A DNA stretch of 57,261 nucleotides from a virus (Duplodnaviria > Heunggongvirae > Uroviricota > Caudoviricetes): IMG/VR virus record IMGVR_UViG_3300028591_000088. One strand, written 5' to 3'. Every line of letters begins with the position of its first letter. The stretch's first letter is position 1. Below the pieces are notes generated by a model that had not been told where the DNA came from, ran no database searches, and was given only the letters and a program-made list of their open reading frames with translations. Below are positions 11,701-24,601 of the stretch, piece by piece. The position numbers and the translations under genes were made by a program.

Positions 11701-14700
11701 CTGTAAATGATTTAAGATTACTTATCTACATCTAAGAGCCATAGTATTCAGCCACAATACTAGTCATTCCAGGACAATTTCCTATAAATACAGTTTTTAC
11801 ACTTGCAGGAACTGTAAGAGTCTTAAGTTTTGGACAGTTACTTAAATTTATAGTTTCAAGTTCAGTACATCCATCTATTATAAGTTCTTCTAACATAGCC
11901 TGGTCTTGATACGTAAGAGTTTTAATCTTAGTATAAGATAAATCTAACCTTCTAAGAACTGAACTACTAGAAAGAGGAACTTCATTAAATGATGAATTAG
12001 ATATATCTAAAATTTCTAAGTTTCGAAGCTACTAAGCAATATTTAAAGGTTTATATACAACTCCAGAGTTTGAATCTAATAAAGTAACTCCATGTAAATC
12101 TAAACTTACAAGAGATTCTAGATTACTAGCATTAACTAAGAAGTCATTTGCTTGTATATTAGTCTAATCCCTTAAACTAATTTCCTTAATAAGTGGAAAT
12201 GTAAGAGAAGCTATATCTTGCCAAGTAAATTGATTAAAGTTTCCTAAGTTTGTTAAGTATTCATTTGCATAGAATGTAACAACCTAAGGACCTCCAACGT
12301 TATTCACTCTATACTATCCAGGTATTTCGTTTATCCAGAAAGATATTGGTCTATCAGAAGTTGCTATTGTAATACGAATCTAACTTTCGGCTGTAAGATT
12401 TAAAGAAACACTAGTAGGACTTACATTTGGAATATAGGTAGCATTATTATCCATCCACTTCTTAGCAAGAGGAGTATTATTAATACCAGTAAGAGTACTA
12501 TAACCTTCTGTACTTACTCCATATACTCCATCTAAGAACTTAATTCTTTTTACAAACCAGTCTTTTACATTAGCACTACCATTACCATGTAGATAAGATA
12601 TTTCACTATAATTATATGTATTATCTCCATATTTACCTGTAGCAGGATTATAAGATTTTTCTGTTTGTAAATATTTTAGATAGTAGTCATAATTATAAAG
12701 AGCCGGTCCAACTTTATTTATTTGTCCTATATAATAGGTATCTATAAAAGCTTCAGGATCTGGGAATAAATTAGTACGTAAGTCTTTATACACAGACTAT
12801 AATGATTTAGCATCAACACTATCTGGACGTAAATTTTCAACTATCTCTTGTAGTCTTGTATTATATCCAGAATATGCTTGATTAAATACTCCAGGAATAG
12901 AAGAACAATGGTTAGTAATACGAGCTTCTGCTAAAGCTGTATTATCAGTGTAGTATCTATGTAAATGTGCATTATATGGAACTGTTTCAGCACCTACGTT
13001 ATTTACACGTAAAGCTGTATCCATATCATAGAAACACATATACCATATATTACTTAAATCTGAACGTGTCCATGAACGTAAAGTTAAGTTTTTAGCCATA
13101 GAGTCTACTAATCCAAATATAATAGCTATCATGTAATAACTTACCATATTATTCCAATGCATATACTTATCAAGTGTAGACTTAACATAATTTACTACAT
13201 CATAGACTCTATAATATTCACCAGATTCTTGCCAAGTTCCGTCTATCTTTTTAAGCTTTGGAGTCTGCCATTCATTCTGTCTATATACTTTCCTATCAGT
13301 TTCTATATTATACCCGAAAGAGGCTAAGAAAGTAAGAAGTGTTTGTAAGTTTGCTTCTCCTTGTCCATCTGAATCGTAAGGAAACTCAAATACTCCTTCC
13401 TTTAGAATATCAGGATCATCCTAGTCAAACATTGCTATAGCATTATTTTCTTGTACTTCCATAGAATACACAGGAGAACCTTGTTCTATAGAAGTTTCTG
13501 AAGAATAAGAAGCAACAGTTCTTGGATATATTTCATCTTCACTTGTATAAGTAACACCGCTTAATAATTTAAGACCAAGATTGTAGTAAGCATAACGACC
13601 CAAGTTAAAGTTGTAAATACCCATACAGCGACAGTTCGCTACATTACTATCTGATGCTTTAAAGTTTATAAATAGGATACAAGGATAACCTTCAGATGTA
13701 TGTTTAACTTTACTAGCATACTAATAACCACTCTTTTCCATTGGAGGGGTATTATCAAGAGGAACTACTTTAACAGTATTTCCCTAACTATCTGTAGTAG
13801 TAACAAGTCCATTTACTATACTACCTACAAGAATGTTATTTACATGAGAAGAATCCATCACATCTGCCTTAAGAGTATATCTATTTTCTGGCAGCCAATC
13901 TTCCCTCATCTATACTAAGAAATCTGGACTAGCATCTGTATCTCCCATCTTTCCCATATAAATTTCATAGTTTTTGCTATTATATCTAAGAGAAGATGTA
14001 CCCTGTATACCAATGGTCATTCCAGTTCCTATTGTGTTATCTATACGAGTAGGTGTAGCATTACCCATAGTATAGTAATCTATATTTATAGGGAATCTAG
14101 AAGCCATTACAGTTTCTTTAAGGTCCTCATTAAATTTAGACTCAGTAATACCTAAGAAATTAGAATCAGAAGTAAGCTAGTTTACTACTACAATAGGATA
14201 TGGAATACGAGATTCTGCTAATGCACTAATAAGACTACTTAATAACGAATTAGCATCCTTATATTCTGTTTCATCATTGTCATCAAAAAGAATACTATGA
14301 TAATTACCATCAGTTCCAATCTAAATGAAGTTATTCTATAGCATTTCATTCTAAGTGGACATATCAGGATTACCATTAGGCTCTAATTCACTATATATAG
14401 TTGAAGATATATAATTTTGAATTATTTCATTATCAGAAAGAGCTGTAGAATATCCTTTAAAATCATATACATGAACTGAACAAGCATCATATACTTCTCC
14501 TTCAATTATCCTTCCTCCTATATGTAGATAATCATTAAAGTACCATCCATATGTTCCTCCATTATCAGTATTAAACATCTATCCAGATGTATGAGATGTA
14601 ACTAAAGAAAGCACTCCATTTACATATATTTTTAAGAACCAGTGTGTAGGATTAGTTTCTAAATCCCCAGGACCTACATATCTTTGTCCTACTATATCTA

Positions 14701-16471
14701 CAGTTATTAAGTCTCCTTTTGTAATATTATAACTATACTAAGTAGTTTGTACAGCATATAATATTTTACTTGCTTGTATTTCTATACCAGCCTGTAATTC
14801 TTGATTTTCATTATATTTACCTATACAAGCTACTACATCAGAAGCATCTACGTTGGAGTCAGTTCTAAATGTAAAAGATAAAGTCCATCCATTACCATCT
14901 AATAGATTTATTTGGCTAGCATCTCCTGAAAACAAAGGAATCTGTAAATCTACCCATGACTTACCAGATAAATGCATTCCCTACATATCCATTTGCTACA
15001 TAAATCCTGCTAGATTATATCCTTGCATAGTAATGTATCTCTATTGTATAGTTCCCTAGTTACTATAAGGAAATCTAGTATTTTTATTATCGTAATTCCA
15101 TTCAGTTATATTTCCAACTGGAATACCCATTACAGGAGAGAAATAAGCAAACAAGCTATTATTAAAATTAGTAGCTGTTATATACTTTGTGGTAGCTTCA
15201 GATAATGTAAAATAAAGTTCTTTAGTATCCTATATACTATCAGAGTCTACTGCTACAGCATTAAGTTTTACCTTTACAAACCTATAAATATTGTTATCAG
15301 TATTATATATAGTATCATCAGGAAGGGAAGAAGTATTAAATAAGAACTATTGTCTAACATCTTTAATAACTTTACTAATAGTTCCAGTTACTTGTCTCGC
15401 TTCATCCTCTACCATTACTCCATCATTAAAGTAACATGGTGTAACTGTATAATATATATTATAATAAGAATACTCTATTCTAGAGAAAGTAAGCTAATAG
15501 TTAAATTGTATACTGTTTCCATATACAAACCTATTTAAACTTGCTAATTCTATATTATTAGTTGGAACAGTTTTATTAACTCCATAAGTAAGAATATACA
15601 GAGTATTGGGCTATATAATAGTACAGTTAAAGCTAATGACATTCGATTGTAATATATTATCATTTAATACTCCTTGTGCATATATCTCAAAACTAAAAGT
15701 TTCTCCTATATACTATTTAGCATTATCTAAATATTCTTCAATAGATTGAAGTCTTACTTGTGCTTCTTTAGCTCTTGGAATGTTCTTCTCATCATCTTTA
15801 AGAGTTAGTTCTTCTCCATTACATGTAGCTACTATAAGTAAGTCACTATCAGTACTATTAAAAGTATTAATAATAACTTGTCCAACCACACTTTGTGGAT
15901 ATATAGTAGCATTTGGAATAGTGGATTGTGTAATTTTGATAGCTCCTGCTATTACAGTAAGAGTAACAGGAGAAGCATAATTTTGTCCAGAGTTAGCATT
16001 TATAGTAAGTCTATTTGTAGAATTTGTAAGATTATTAATCTTTATTTCAGAACGAGTAAGAGAAGTAATAACATAAGTTCCTTTAGTGTTACCACTTTCA
16101 TCTTGAATTACTACATTAAAATTCTTTTTAACGCTACCTCCGTTAATAGTTATATGTATTGTTACAGAAGTGCCAGAAGTATAAACTCTGTTACCTTCTT
16201 CTATATCTATAGTATAAGCAGTAGAGTCTGTTCCTCCTCCACCACCTCCTCCACCGCCACCGCCTTTTGCACCATTCTAATATATCCAGGCAATGTTTTT
16301 TTCGGCTTGAAAGAGTCTGTTATCTAATTTGGTAAAGCCCTAATCTACTGATATTGACTCTCCATTCTCGTCAACATAGCCGGGATTGGAGAGTTCAATA
16401 TTAGCAGCATTGGAAGCACCATCAATAACCCATTGCTGAGTTCGTTCATCCCAATGTTTTATTTTACTCAT
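8765..16471 (-). CDS. Giant multidomain protein: LamG-like, CotH-kinase-like and leucine-rich-repeat domains (2568 aa, TAG=Gln)
   Basis: ATG 16471 (MSKIKHWDERTQQW); checked ORF fragments share its frame; QGTSSLRYNSKNY, LKADVMDSSHVNN, GIYNFNLGR, DSMAKNL and FYDMDTA motifs; C-terminal LRR-like FxGCTxLxxV repeats. Confidence 0.8.
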
Positions 16472-19400
16472 GCGTGTAAACTTAATTCTACAATTATATT
16501 GTTTGAAGGATTATTCTATCCATTACCAGGAATTTTCTTCAGGTCTGAAGCTTTATAAGGCTTGTTATAAGTATATGTCCAGCCGCTAGCACTATCACCT
16601 AAAGCTATAGGCTGAGTTTTATATACTCTTCCTAAGATTCTATCTCTTAGAGTCGTAAAACCTTCAGGATTAGTAACTTCTGTTCCTTTTCCTATCTTCC
16701 ATAATATATAGTGTGGATAATTTTGTCCTCCATTTTTTGATTCAGAGGCAAATCTATCAGTAGAAGCTGCAGTGCCCTTAGCGGGATAATAAGCTTCTAA
16801 CCAAGGTATATTAGCAGTAGGAAGTTCCTTATTGGAAGTAGTCTTATAACCAGTAGCCTATAAAGTTACATACTTAACGTAGGTTTGTTCATTTCCTTGT
16901 CCATCATATAAGTTTCCAAACTACATAAGATGTGCTTTATCTCCTCCAAGAGCAGTATACCAATCTGGATAGTGAGTTTCTCCATTTTCCACATAATAGT
17001 CTGGGTCATAGACAAATGGTTTCATTCTATTATCTGGATTATCTCTCATAAGACGTGAACAAGTGTAAGTATGTTTATGTCCTCCTATGCAAAGTCTGAA
17101 GTTATTATCTTCTAAGAACTTACTGAACCAGTAGTTACCTACAGAGTTTAGGTGTGATCCACCTCTACTATAAGCAGGATTTTCATTAAGATCTCCATCT
17201 AAGTATGTGTATTTAACAGTATCACCACTTGAAGTTCCGTAAATTTGACTTCTAGTAAGAAGAGTAAATGGATTATCATGTGTAAATGCTACTTTCCATT
17301 TTATCTTATTATCTACGTGCGTAAGGTCATTTACACACCACTGTTTAATAATACTATAAATACCAGTTGGACCAGTAGGATCTTCATCTACACTATAACT
17401 ATTAGATACTTCATACAAGTCTTGCTATGTAGTATACGTAAATTCAGAATTCATACATAGGAAATATACATCTCCATATATAAAGGAATATACAGAAGGA
17501 ATATACTTTTCATTTCCTGGAACAATAGGCATATCAAATGGGAATTCAAATGTAAAGAAGAAATTAATATTTTCAGGATTCACCTTATTAAGATCTTCTC
17601 CAGTTCCTAAGACTTTTGGATCAGCAGAACATAAGTCATTGTTTCCTATAGTAAACATTTGTTCTATATTCTTATAAAAATTAGAAGCATCTCTATAGAA
17701 AGCTAACCATTCATTAAGTCTATTTCCATTTTGCGTCTAGTCTCCAGTATTCATCTGCCATTCATAAGCTTTATCAGAATCATTTTCTGCATCCTACTTT
17801 ATAAAGTCAGCAGTAATTCCCCAAGTTTTATACTCTTCGTCATGGAATCCTTGTTGGTCTGTAGTCTATACAAATTGGAAACCTCTCTAAATTACAAGGT
17901 CTCTATTCCTCATAGTAAACTGATGCACATCTGACCAGAATCCTTCTCTACCTACTTTATAGTTATATACTTGTGTATCTTCTGGTTCTTCGAAATCGTG
18001 TATAAACTTATGTACTGTATAGTCTTCTCCAGAAGTGGCTACATTTCTTATTCTATTATAAATAGGACTATCCCAGTGTCTATGTTCATTTTCATTTGGA
18101 CCATCAAGACGCCCATCTCCCTCTTTAAAGGATTCAAATATCTATGCTTCTGACTCATCAGTTCCATCAGGCCATATCTTTATAAATTCATCATAATAAC
18201 CTTTAGAAATCCAATTAAAGCAACGAGTCTTATGTGCATTCCATCCAAAGGAGCAATTTACTACATTAGGACCTTCTACAAGTTTAGCTTTATTAAAGAA
18301 TATATTTTTACCTTCCTTAGAATTACGAGGTCTATATTCATCTATATTTATATAAGGGCTAAGCTTAGCTAAATTAAAATATGTCCATTGCACGTTTTTA
18401 CTATTATCAAGAGCAGAAGGAGCTTTTAAAGCCTATTTAACTGGATCCATATTATAATATCTAAAGATAAGACAGTTATTAGGAGTAAGTCCTGACTTTC
18501 TATTATTAAAGTAGGCTGTGCAACATTCCATTCCTTCTCCTATTCCAAGCAAATCAATAAAGTATTTTACTACATTACCATCCTTAAAAAGCTAAGTGCT
18601 TGTAAATGGATGCTCATCAAATGGAGTAGTAAGCCCCATGGAGTAATCTGATTGTTCTGCTTCTTCAAATCCTCCACTTAAATAAATAGAGCAAGAATAT
18701 CCTAATTTAAGAAGTCTGTTCTCATCCCAAATAGAGTGAGCAGGGGTTTCATTTGTGGCTGCAATTTCCAATACTTCAGGATTCTTTGTAGCTTCATAAG
18801 TCCATTCCATGTCAGGTTCTCCAACTCTTATAAGTGTAGTATTTGAATTATAAACTGAACAAGGAGCACATCTTATTAAGAAAGTACCTCCAGCTGGTAT
18901 ATGTCCTGTAAGAGGTAAAGTAACCCATTGTCTTCCATTTACTACAACTTCTCCTTCTGAATAGTGAAGATAAAGTCCATTAAGATTAAGATCTTGAGTA
19001 GAAATATTACAAAGTTCTATAAAGCTATGAGATACTGGATTGTAACTATATTTATCAGAATCTCCTCCACAATATACCATATTTATATAGACAAAAGGAC
19101 TTTCTACAGATGAATGCTCACTTAAAGGGTAATATAATGGACTGTACATACCTCCCGACAGAACTTTCTGAGAAGTCTTTAGTACAGAATGTGATTTATC
19201 TATTAGTTTAAGATCACCATTTTTTACTCCAAGAACATATAGATCATTGTTGTTAGCCATATCAACAAATTCTATACCGGTGATTCTTTTATAATTATTT
19301 ATTGTTTCTTGTATAATTCCATCCATGTCTGTTTCTATATCAATTGGCTCGTCAGAACCGCCTGTAGCACCAATTTTTATTAATTGTAAAGTTTTAGGGT

Positions 19401-20250
19401 CTTTAATCCATAATGTTTGAGTATCGTAGCACCATAGTAATTCCCTTTCTTCAAAATCATCAGCATGATTTTTCATATAAACCTAAGTACCACTTTTTAC
19501 TTTTAAGCAATAAGTATTAGGACAGTGCTCAGCATTTAAATAATCAGGTTCAGATGCTTCATATAACTCAGTGTGTGAGTTTTCCTCCTAAGTTTCATTA
19601 TCCTCCTCTTCTGAAGTACCATAATGTGGCTCTTCTGAAGGTAAATCATCTTGGGAAGTAGACTTATTATGGGAAAAGTCTCCTGGATCAATCTCAGTCT
19701 ACATATACATTAATCTATTTACTTTTTGCTATAAGATGTTAATTACCTTAAGCATATTTTGAATAATATCTGATGAAGACTAGTAACCTTCCTCAGATGT
19801 ATCAATCCATATTCCACCTTTATCATCTGGAGGAGTATCTTGAATATAAATTTTTCTAAATGATTCCCAGTACTATCCATTCCAAAAACGTAGGTCATCA
19901 AGACTATTTATATATACTATTTGTCCTCTTACTTGTAATGCAGTCTTAGTAGCTAATTCTTCAAGATCTTCTACCACTACAAGAGATAGACCCCCTCCTC
20001 CAGAGCCTCCTTGTCCTTCCCAAAGTTCCCAAATTCCATTTCTGTAGATAAACATATGTGCATTATCAGGAACTTCTTTAACATAGCAAAGCATACCATG
20101 CTTTAGCTTGTTTGTAGATAAGAAAGCATTCATTTCATCAATGGTTTCTACCTAAATATAACCACCTCGTAAATCATTTACATCAGCAATAGCAAACTTT
20201 TGACCATTCTTAGGTCTAAATTCTGATATAATTTCTAAGAATTCACTCAT
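16468..20250 (-). CDS. Lamin-tail-domain and calcineurin-like metallophosphoesterase (purple-acid-phosphatase-like) protein (1260 aa, TAG=Gln)
   Basis: ATG 20250; five ORF fragments share its frame; LTD-like YINMVY..SFIELCN..LNLNGLYLHY; metal-ligand motifs TDQQ, NTGD.TQNG, IGNND, FTHD, GGHKHTY; ATGA overlap with the next gene. Confidence 0.82.
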
Positions 20251-20258
20251 AAACAATG

Positions 20259-20283
20259 AAAGGCGAGCTTATGCCCGCCTTTT
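20259..20283 (-). terminator. GC-rich hairpin, possible terminator/attenuator
   Basis: AAAAGGCGGGC-ATAA-GCTCGCCTTT between stop 20287 and start 20250. Confidence 0.6.
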
Positions 20284-20286
20284 ATA

Positions 20287-20739
20287 TTAGTCTTCTTCAA
20301 CAAATAATGTATAAAGAATTTCCAAGAAGTCGGCAGCGTTAAGTTTTTGTTCGTTAATTTCTACGTCATTACCAGCATTTACTTCAACAATTTCATTATA
20401 ATCATTTTCAGTAAGTTTAGCTTCGATATTAACCTCGTCTTGACCTCTTTTTACAACAAACTCATTATATTCATCCTGAATCTGTTTGTTCCAATCTTCT
20501 AACTGCTTAGACTCCTTTTCTGTTCTATCCATTTTCTGTACGATCTCAGCATAACCCTCTGGAGTAAAACCTTTAACGGCCTCTTGTACATCTTCATCAA
20601 ATTCCTTTCTGACTTTCGCCAGCTTAATACGCATTTGCATTACCTTTACCTTCAATCCTTTAGATAGTTCAGCACTATCATTCTTTAGAAGGATTTTAGA
20701 TATAAAGTTCTGTTTTACTAGAGCTTCATTTGTAGTCAT
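20287..20739 (-). CDS. Hypothetical protein (150 aa)
   Basis: TAG-free ORF, charged and helical. Confidence 0.8.
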   Translation of the reverse strand: MTTNEALVKQNFISKILLKNDSAELSKGLKVKVMQMRIKLAKVRKEFDEDVQEAVKGFTPEGYAEIVQKMDRTEKESKQLEDWNKQIQDEYNEFVVKRGQDEVNIEAKLTENDYNEIVEVNAGNDVEINEQKLNAADFLEILYTLFVEED

Positions 20740-21023
20740 AGTTCACTAATTTGTTGTTTTAATTCTTTAATAGTATTATCTAATAATTCATCTGCTTCCT
20801 CAAATTTAGTAGTATCTAAGTCACTAATACTCTTACTAGTACGTCCACTTTCATTTTCATTATAATAGAAAGTACCAATATAAGAGTCTTGTTCTGTCAT
20901 AAAGGTTCCGCTAAATGCTAAAATTCTACCATTATCATTAAATGATACAGAACCTGTAAGAGAAATGTTTTCACTATTGTTTTCAACAGTGTAATCAGTC
21001 TGTCGATTAGTTAATGTAATCAT
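20736..21023 (-). CDS. Hypothetical protein (95 aa)
   Basis: TAG-free ORF; ATGA overlap. Confidence 0.8.
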   Translation of the reverse strand: MITLTNRQTDYTVENNSENISLTGSVSFNDNGRILAFSGTFMTEQDSYIGTFYYNENESGRTSKSISDLDTTKFEEADELLDNTIKELKQQISEL

Positions 21024-21105
21024 AAATTTTATTTTAATGTTTTAACTTCAGTAAATATATATCTCTAGTCTATAAATAAAAAGGAGTTTAAGATTTTTTA
21101 AGTTA

Positions 21106-21381
21106 TTATAAATTAAACTATTCTATTAGAAAACTAAGAGTATCTTCCAATAACTACTCAACTATAGATATATATTGATGATTACAATTTCCTATAACTT
21201 TATCACAAGCTCCTCCTCTTCTATATTTATATGAACAGGATGCTATACGCTAATTATCAGTTGAAAACACTTGAGCAGTTATAGCTATTTCTCCACCATT
21301 AAGAATTACAGAACCATTTAAATTTGCATTTTCAGACTAATTCCTTATTACGTAATTAGTATTAGTTTTAATCAGTATCAT
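21106..21381 (-). CDS. Hypothetical protein, paralog of 20736..21023 (91 aa, TAG=Gln)
   Basis: MILIKTNTNYVIRNQSENANLNGSV...QLLEDTL aligns with MITLTNRQTDYTVENNSENISLTGSV...ELLDNTI. Confidence 0.7.
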
Positions 21382-21940
21382 ATACTTCTTCTAAATTAAA
21401 GTATAATATTTCTGGGAAGCCTGTAGTATAGTCATAACTTCCAATTTCATCTGGATGTTTCTCTAGATATTTATAATGTAAATCAGTAGCTATTCCTAAC
21501 TTATAGTAATATAAACCTATCTATCTCATCATCTAGATAATATCATCAGTATTACCTTTAAAATACTTTCCTCCATCTAAAAAGATAAATTCAGTATCTC
21601 CACAAGCTTTAGCACATTCGGCATTATAAATTATTTGCTAGTGGTCCCAACAATTATGAAGTTCATTATTTATATAAACTACGTTATGTTCTCTATCAAA
21701 GTACTCTTGCATATCATCATAAGGAGTTTTTATATGAATATTTATGCTGGTTGGGTGCATTTCAAATACCTCTTCAGGACTAGCTTCTGGGTGATTCTAT
21801 TCATATTCTATCTATTCTGCATTCAAGGGAACATACTTTCCCTACATATAGTCTTCAAGGGTTATTCCTATTGGATACTCATTTGGACTTAATTCCTAGT
21901 CCGACGTAACAAATTGATTCTAATATATATAATGAAACAT
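21368..21940 (-). CDS. Hypothetical protein, possible tail-fibre assembly chaperone (190 aa, TAG=Gln)
   Basis: MFHYIYQNQF...HPEASPEEVF...SYDYTTGFPEILYF; located at the end of the fibre cluster. Confidence 0.65.
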
Positions 21941-21941
21941 A

Positions 21942-23339
21942 TTATAAAGATAATTTTGGTAACATAAAAGAAAGATAATTTCCCATACTATTTGCAATCT
22001 AGTCATTTCCATATATAACAAAGCAGTATGCTCCCCAGTATGTTTTATTTGTTATATCATAAACAATTGAAGAACCTCCAGAAATAATACATCCATAATT
22101 TCCATCTGGAGATACACAAGTTCCAGCTATTCCTCCTAACTATAAGTCACCTGGGTATTCAATGCCTGAGGCTTCCTATTTCCAACTAGCTGGTAAATCT
22201 GGGAGTTTTTCTATGTCTGAAAAATTGGATTTACACAAGTATATACTTATTGTCGAATAGTGTATTAGATCTCTTCCACTAATAAAAAATAATTTATTTT
22301 TATAGGACTAATCACAACTACAAACTAATATTGTTGGATACTAATAAATCTAAGTACCAGATGCATAGTAAGTATAATTATCTGTAACTATTCTTCCTAA
22401 CGTATTAGTTATATCTGTTTTAGTAATACTAGCCCCACTATTAAAAGCAGAAGATGCTGCTTTATAATATATAAACTTATAATAACTAAGCGCTCCATAA
22501 TTATCATATTGGGGATTAACAGTATAGAAAAAGAACGAACCGTAAGTGGTTCCATCATTATACCACTATCCTGCAAATTGAAATAAACCACTAGAATACT
22601 AATCTTCAATTGGACAGTTTATATCTCCAGAAACTTTTCCTCTTACTAAATCTACTATTATAAATGTCCAATTAGAACTTGTATTTTTCGAATAAATCAT
22701 TACCTATCCTTTTGGACTTACTTTATTAGCGTAAAACTATCCGTATACTGCACCATAAGGAGTACTTGCTCCACCTCCAGAATAATACTAAGACTATAAA
22801 GTAGTGGTGTTTGTGCTTCCACTACTTATAGTATATTTAAATAATTTAAGTCTATTATATGTATTACTTCCTCCAGAAGCATCTAATGATACATAAAGTA
22901 TATAATAGTAAGTAGAATCCATCCATACTATGGGGCCTGTATTTTTACCTATATAAGAATTACTATTCCAAGTGCATAAAGCATTTCCCCAAGTATTACC
23001 TCCGTCTGTACTTCTATATAATTTCTTTCCAGTTGCTACTATTATAGTAGAACCATCAGTACAACCAACAGCTGCTACTATCTTATTATTGTTATTACTA
23101 CATGTCTAATTAGTAGAATCATTTCTTATACTATTAGGGAAGTTTCCAACTGGAGTTTCTTTCTACATACATTTAGTATAAATGTTACACATACAATCTC
23201 TTACGACAGGTTTTTCCGTCCATTCACCACTAGATGAATTATATGAAGATATAGTTCCAACAGAAAAGTTAACATTTCTCATAAAGTAGCCATACCTACT
23301 TGTAAACTATTTTATATAGGTTCTTCTGCGTATTATCAT
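21942..23339 (-). CDS. Putative beta-propeller receptor-binding protein (465 aa, TAG=Gln)
   Basis: MIIRRR start; Asp-box YRSTDGGNTW; start and stop in frame; full frame not read base by base. Confidence 0.6.
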
Positions 23340-24601
23340 TGTGCTTTACTACTTACTATATAATCATTTGCACCGCTGGAGTAGCGAACAATACTAATCT
23401 CAAGGAATTTTGTAGCTGAACAATATAAAGTATATCCATCTAAAGTCTACCATGAACTTGGAATGCCAATACTAATAGATGTGCTTCCACTATTATAAAC
23501 AAGAACTGTTAGACACTATCCTACAGTCATTGCAGCACTAAGAGTAAAGTTTGCAGCAGTTACATTAGCTGATAAAGTAGCATATATAAAGGACTTAGTA
23601 ACATCAAGACTTGTAAGACTTGTAGCAGTTCCAGACCTAATAAGATCACAATCATACTAAATAGTTTTATTAGTAGCATTCCATGTTACTGTAGTGTTGG
23701 TACCATTTACAAATTTGAGGTCTCCTGTACTAGTTCCTGTTCCTAATCTTTCGGTACCTGCTACTAATACCTTTCTCCAAGTATTATCGCTAGGAGGAAT
23801 TGCCCAAGAACAATCTGCTCTCAAATAATATCCAGAACTTCCAAGTTGATTTTTAGCAGGAGCAGGAACAAGTCCAGCAGACCCCGCTGCTGATGATGTA
23901 GCTACTCCGAAATTAGAATAAGCTGGACTATCTATAGTTATTTTACCATTACTATCAGATTTAACTGTATTTCTTCCAGATCCAGTGATATTATACCTAG
24001 TATAGGAAGAACCTTCTGCAAATATTAGATATACGTTTCCATTAGTAGTCTGCTGTGTTGTAGAAGTACCATTTGAAGCTCCTACATATAGTGCAGATGT
24101 GACATTAGATGTAATACTTTGCCAAGTATTATCTCCTCTAAAGTATTTACCTTGGGCTCCAGCCGGCGCCTATATATATCCAGCGGTACCAGCTGCATTA
24201 GATGAGGCTGCAGTAAATGCTGTCCAAACCCAAGGAATATTTACAAATGCTTTACCGTCTTTATCTACTTGAACTCCGTAATATCTATTAGATGTAGATC
24301 CATTTGAAGAAGTAAGAGTTACTGAAGTAGAAAGTGCATTAGAAATTATGACACCTCCTAAAGCACTTGTAGTAGCTTTACTTATAGATGTAAGATATGA
24401 AGTACTATTAAATGCATTGCTTCCAAATGTAAGTAAATCTGTCCAACTATTCGCACTAGCACTTTTATACTATAGTTTATTGTTTGTAGAATCCCAATTC
24501 AGACTTCCTATAAAATCCGAAAGGGACTTATCCCCACCTCCAGATAAAAGTACGTTACTATCTGTTAAAGTCTTTTTTGAGTATCCTAAACTAGTATTCA
24601 T
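23336..24601 (-). CDS. Tail fibre protein (421 aa, TAG=Gln)
   Basis: MNTSLGYSKK...VLLSGGGDK; S/T/G/A-rich; YLRGDNTW and GLVPAP motifs; ATGA overlaps at both ends. Confidence 0.72.

Noticed and set aside
22409-22609. 66-aa minus-strand ORF
   Set aside because: Different frame inside the 21942..23339 gene; not supported
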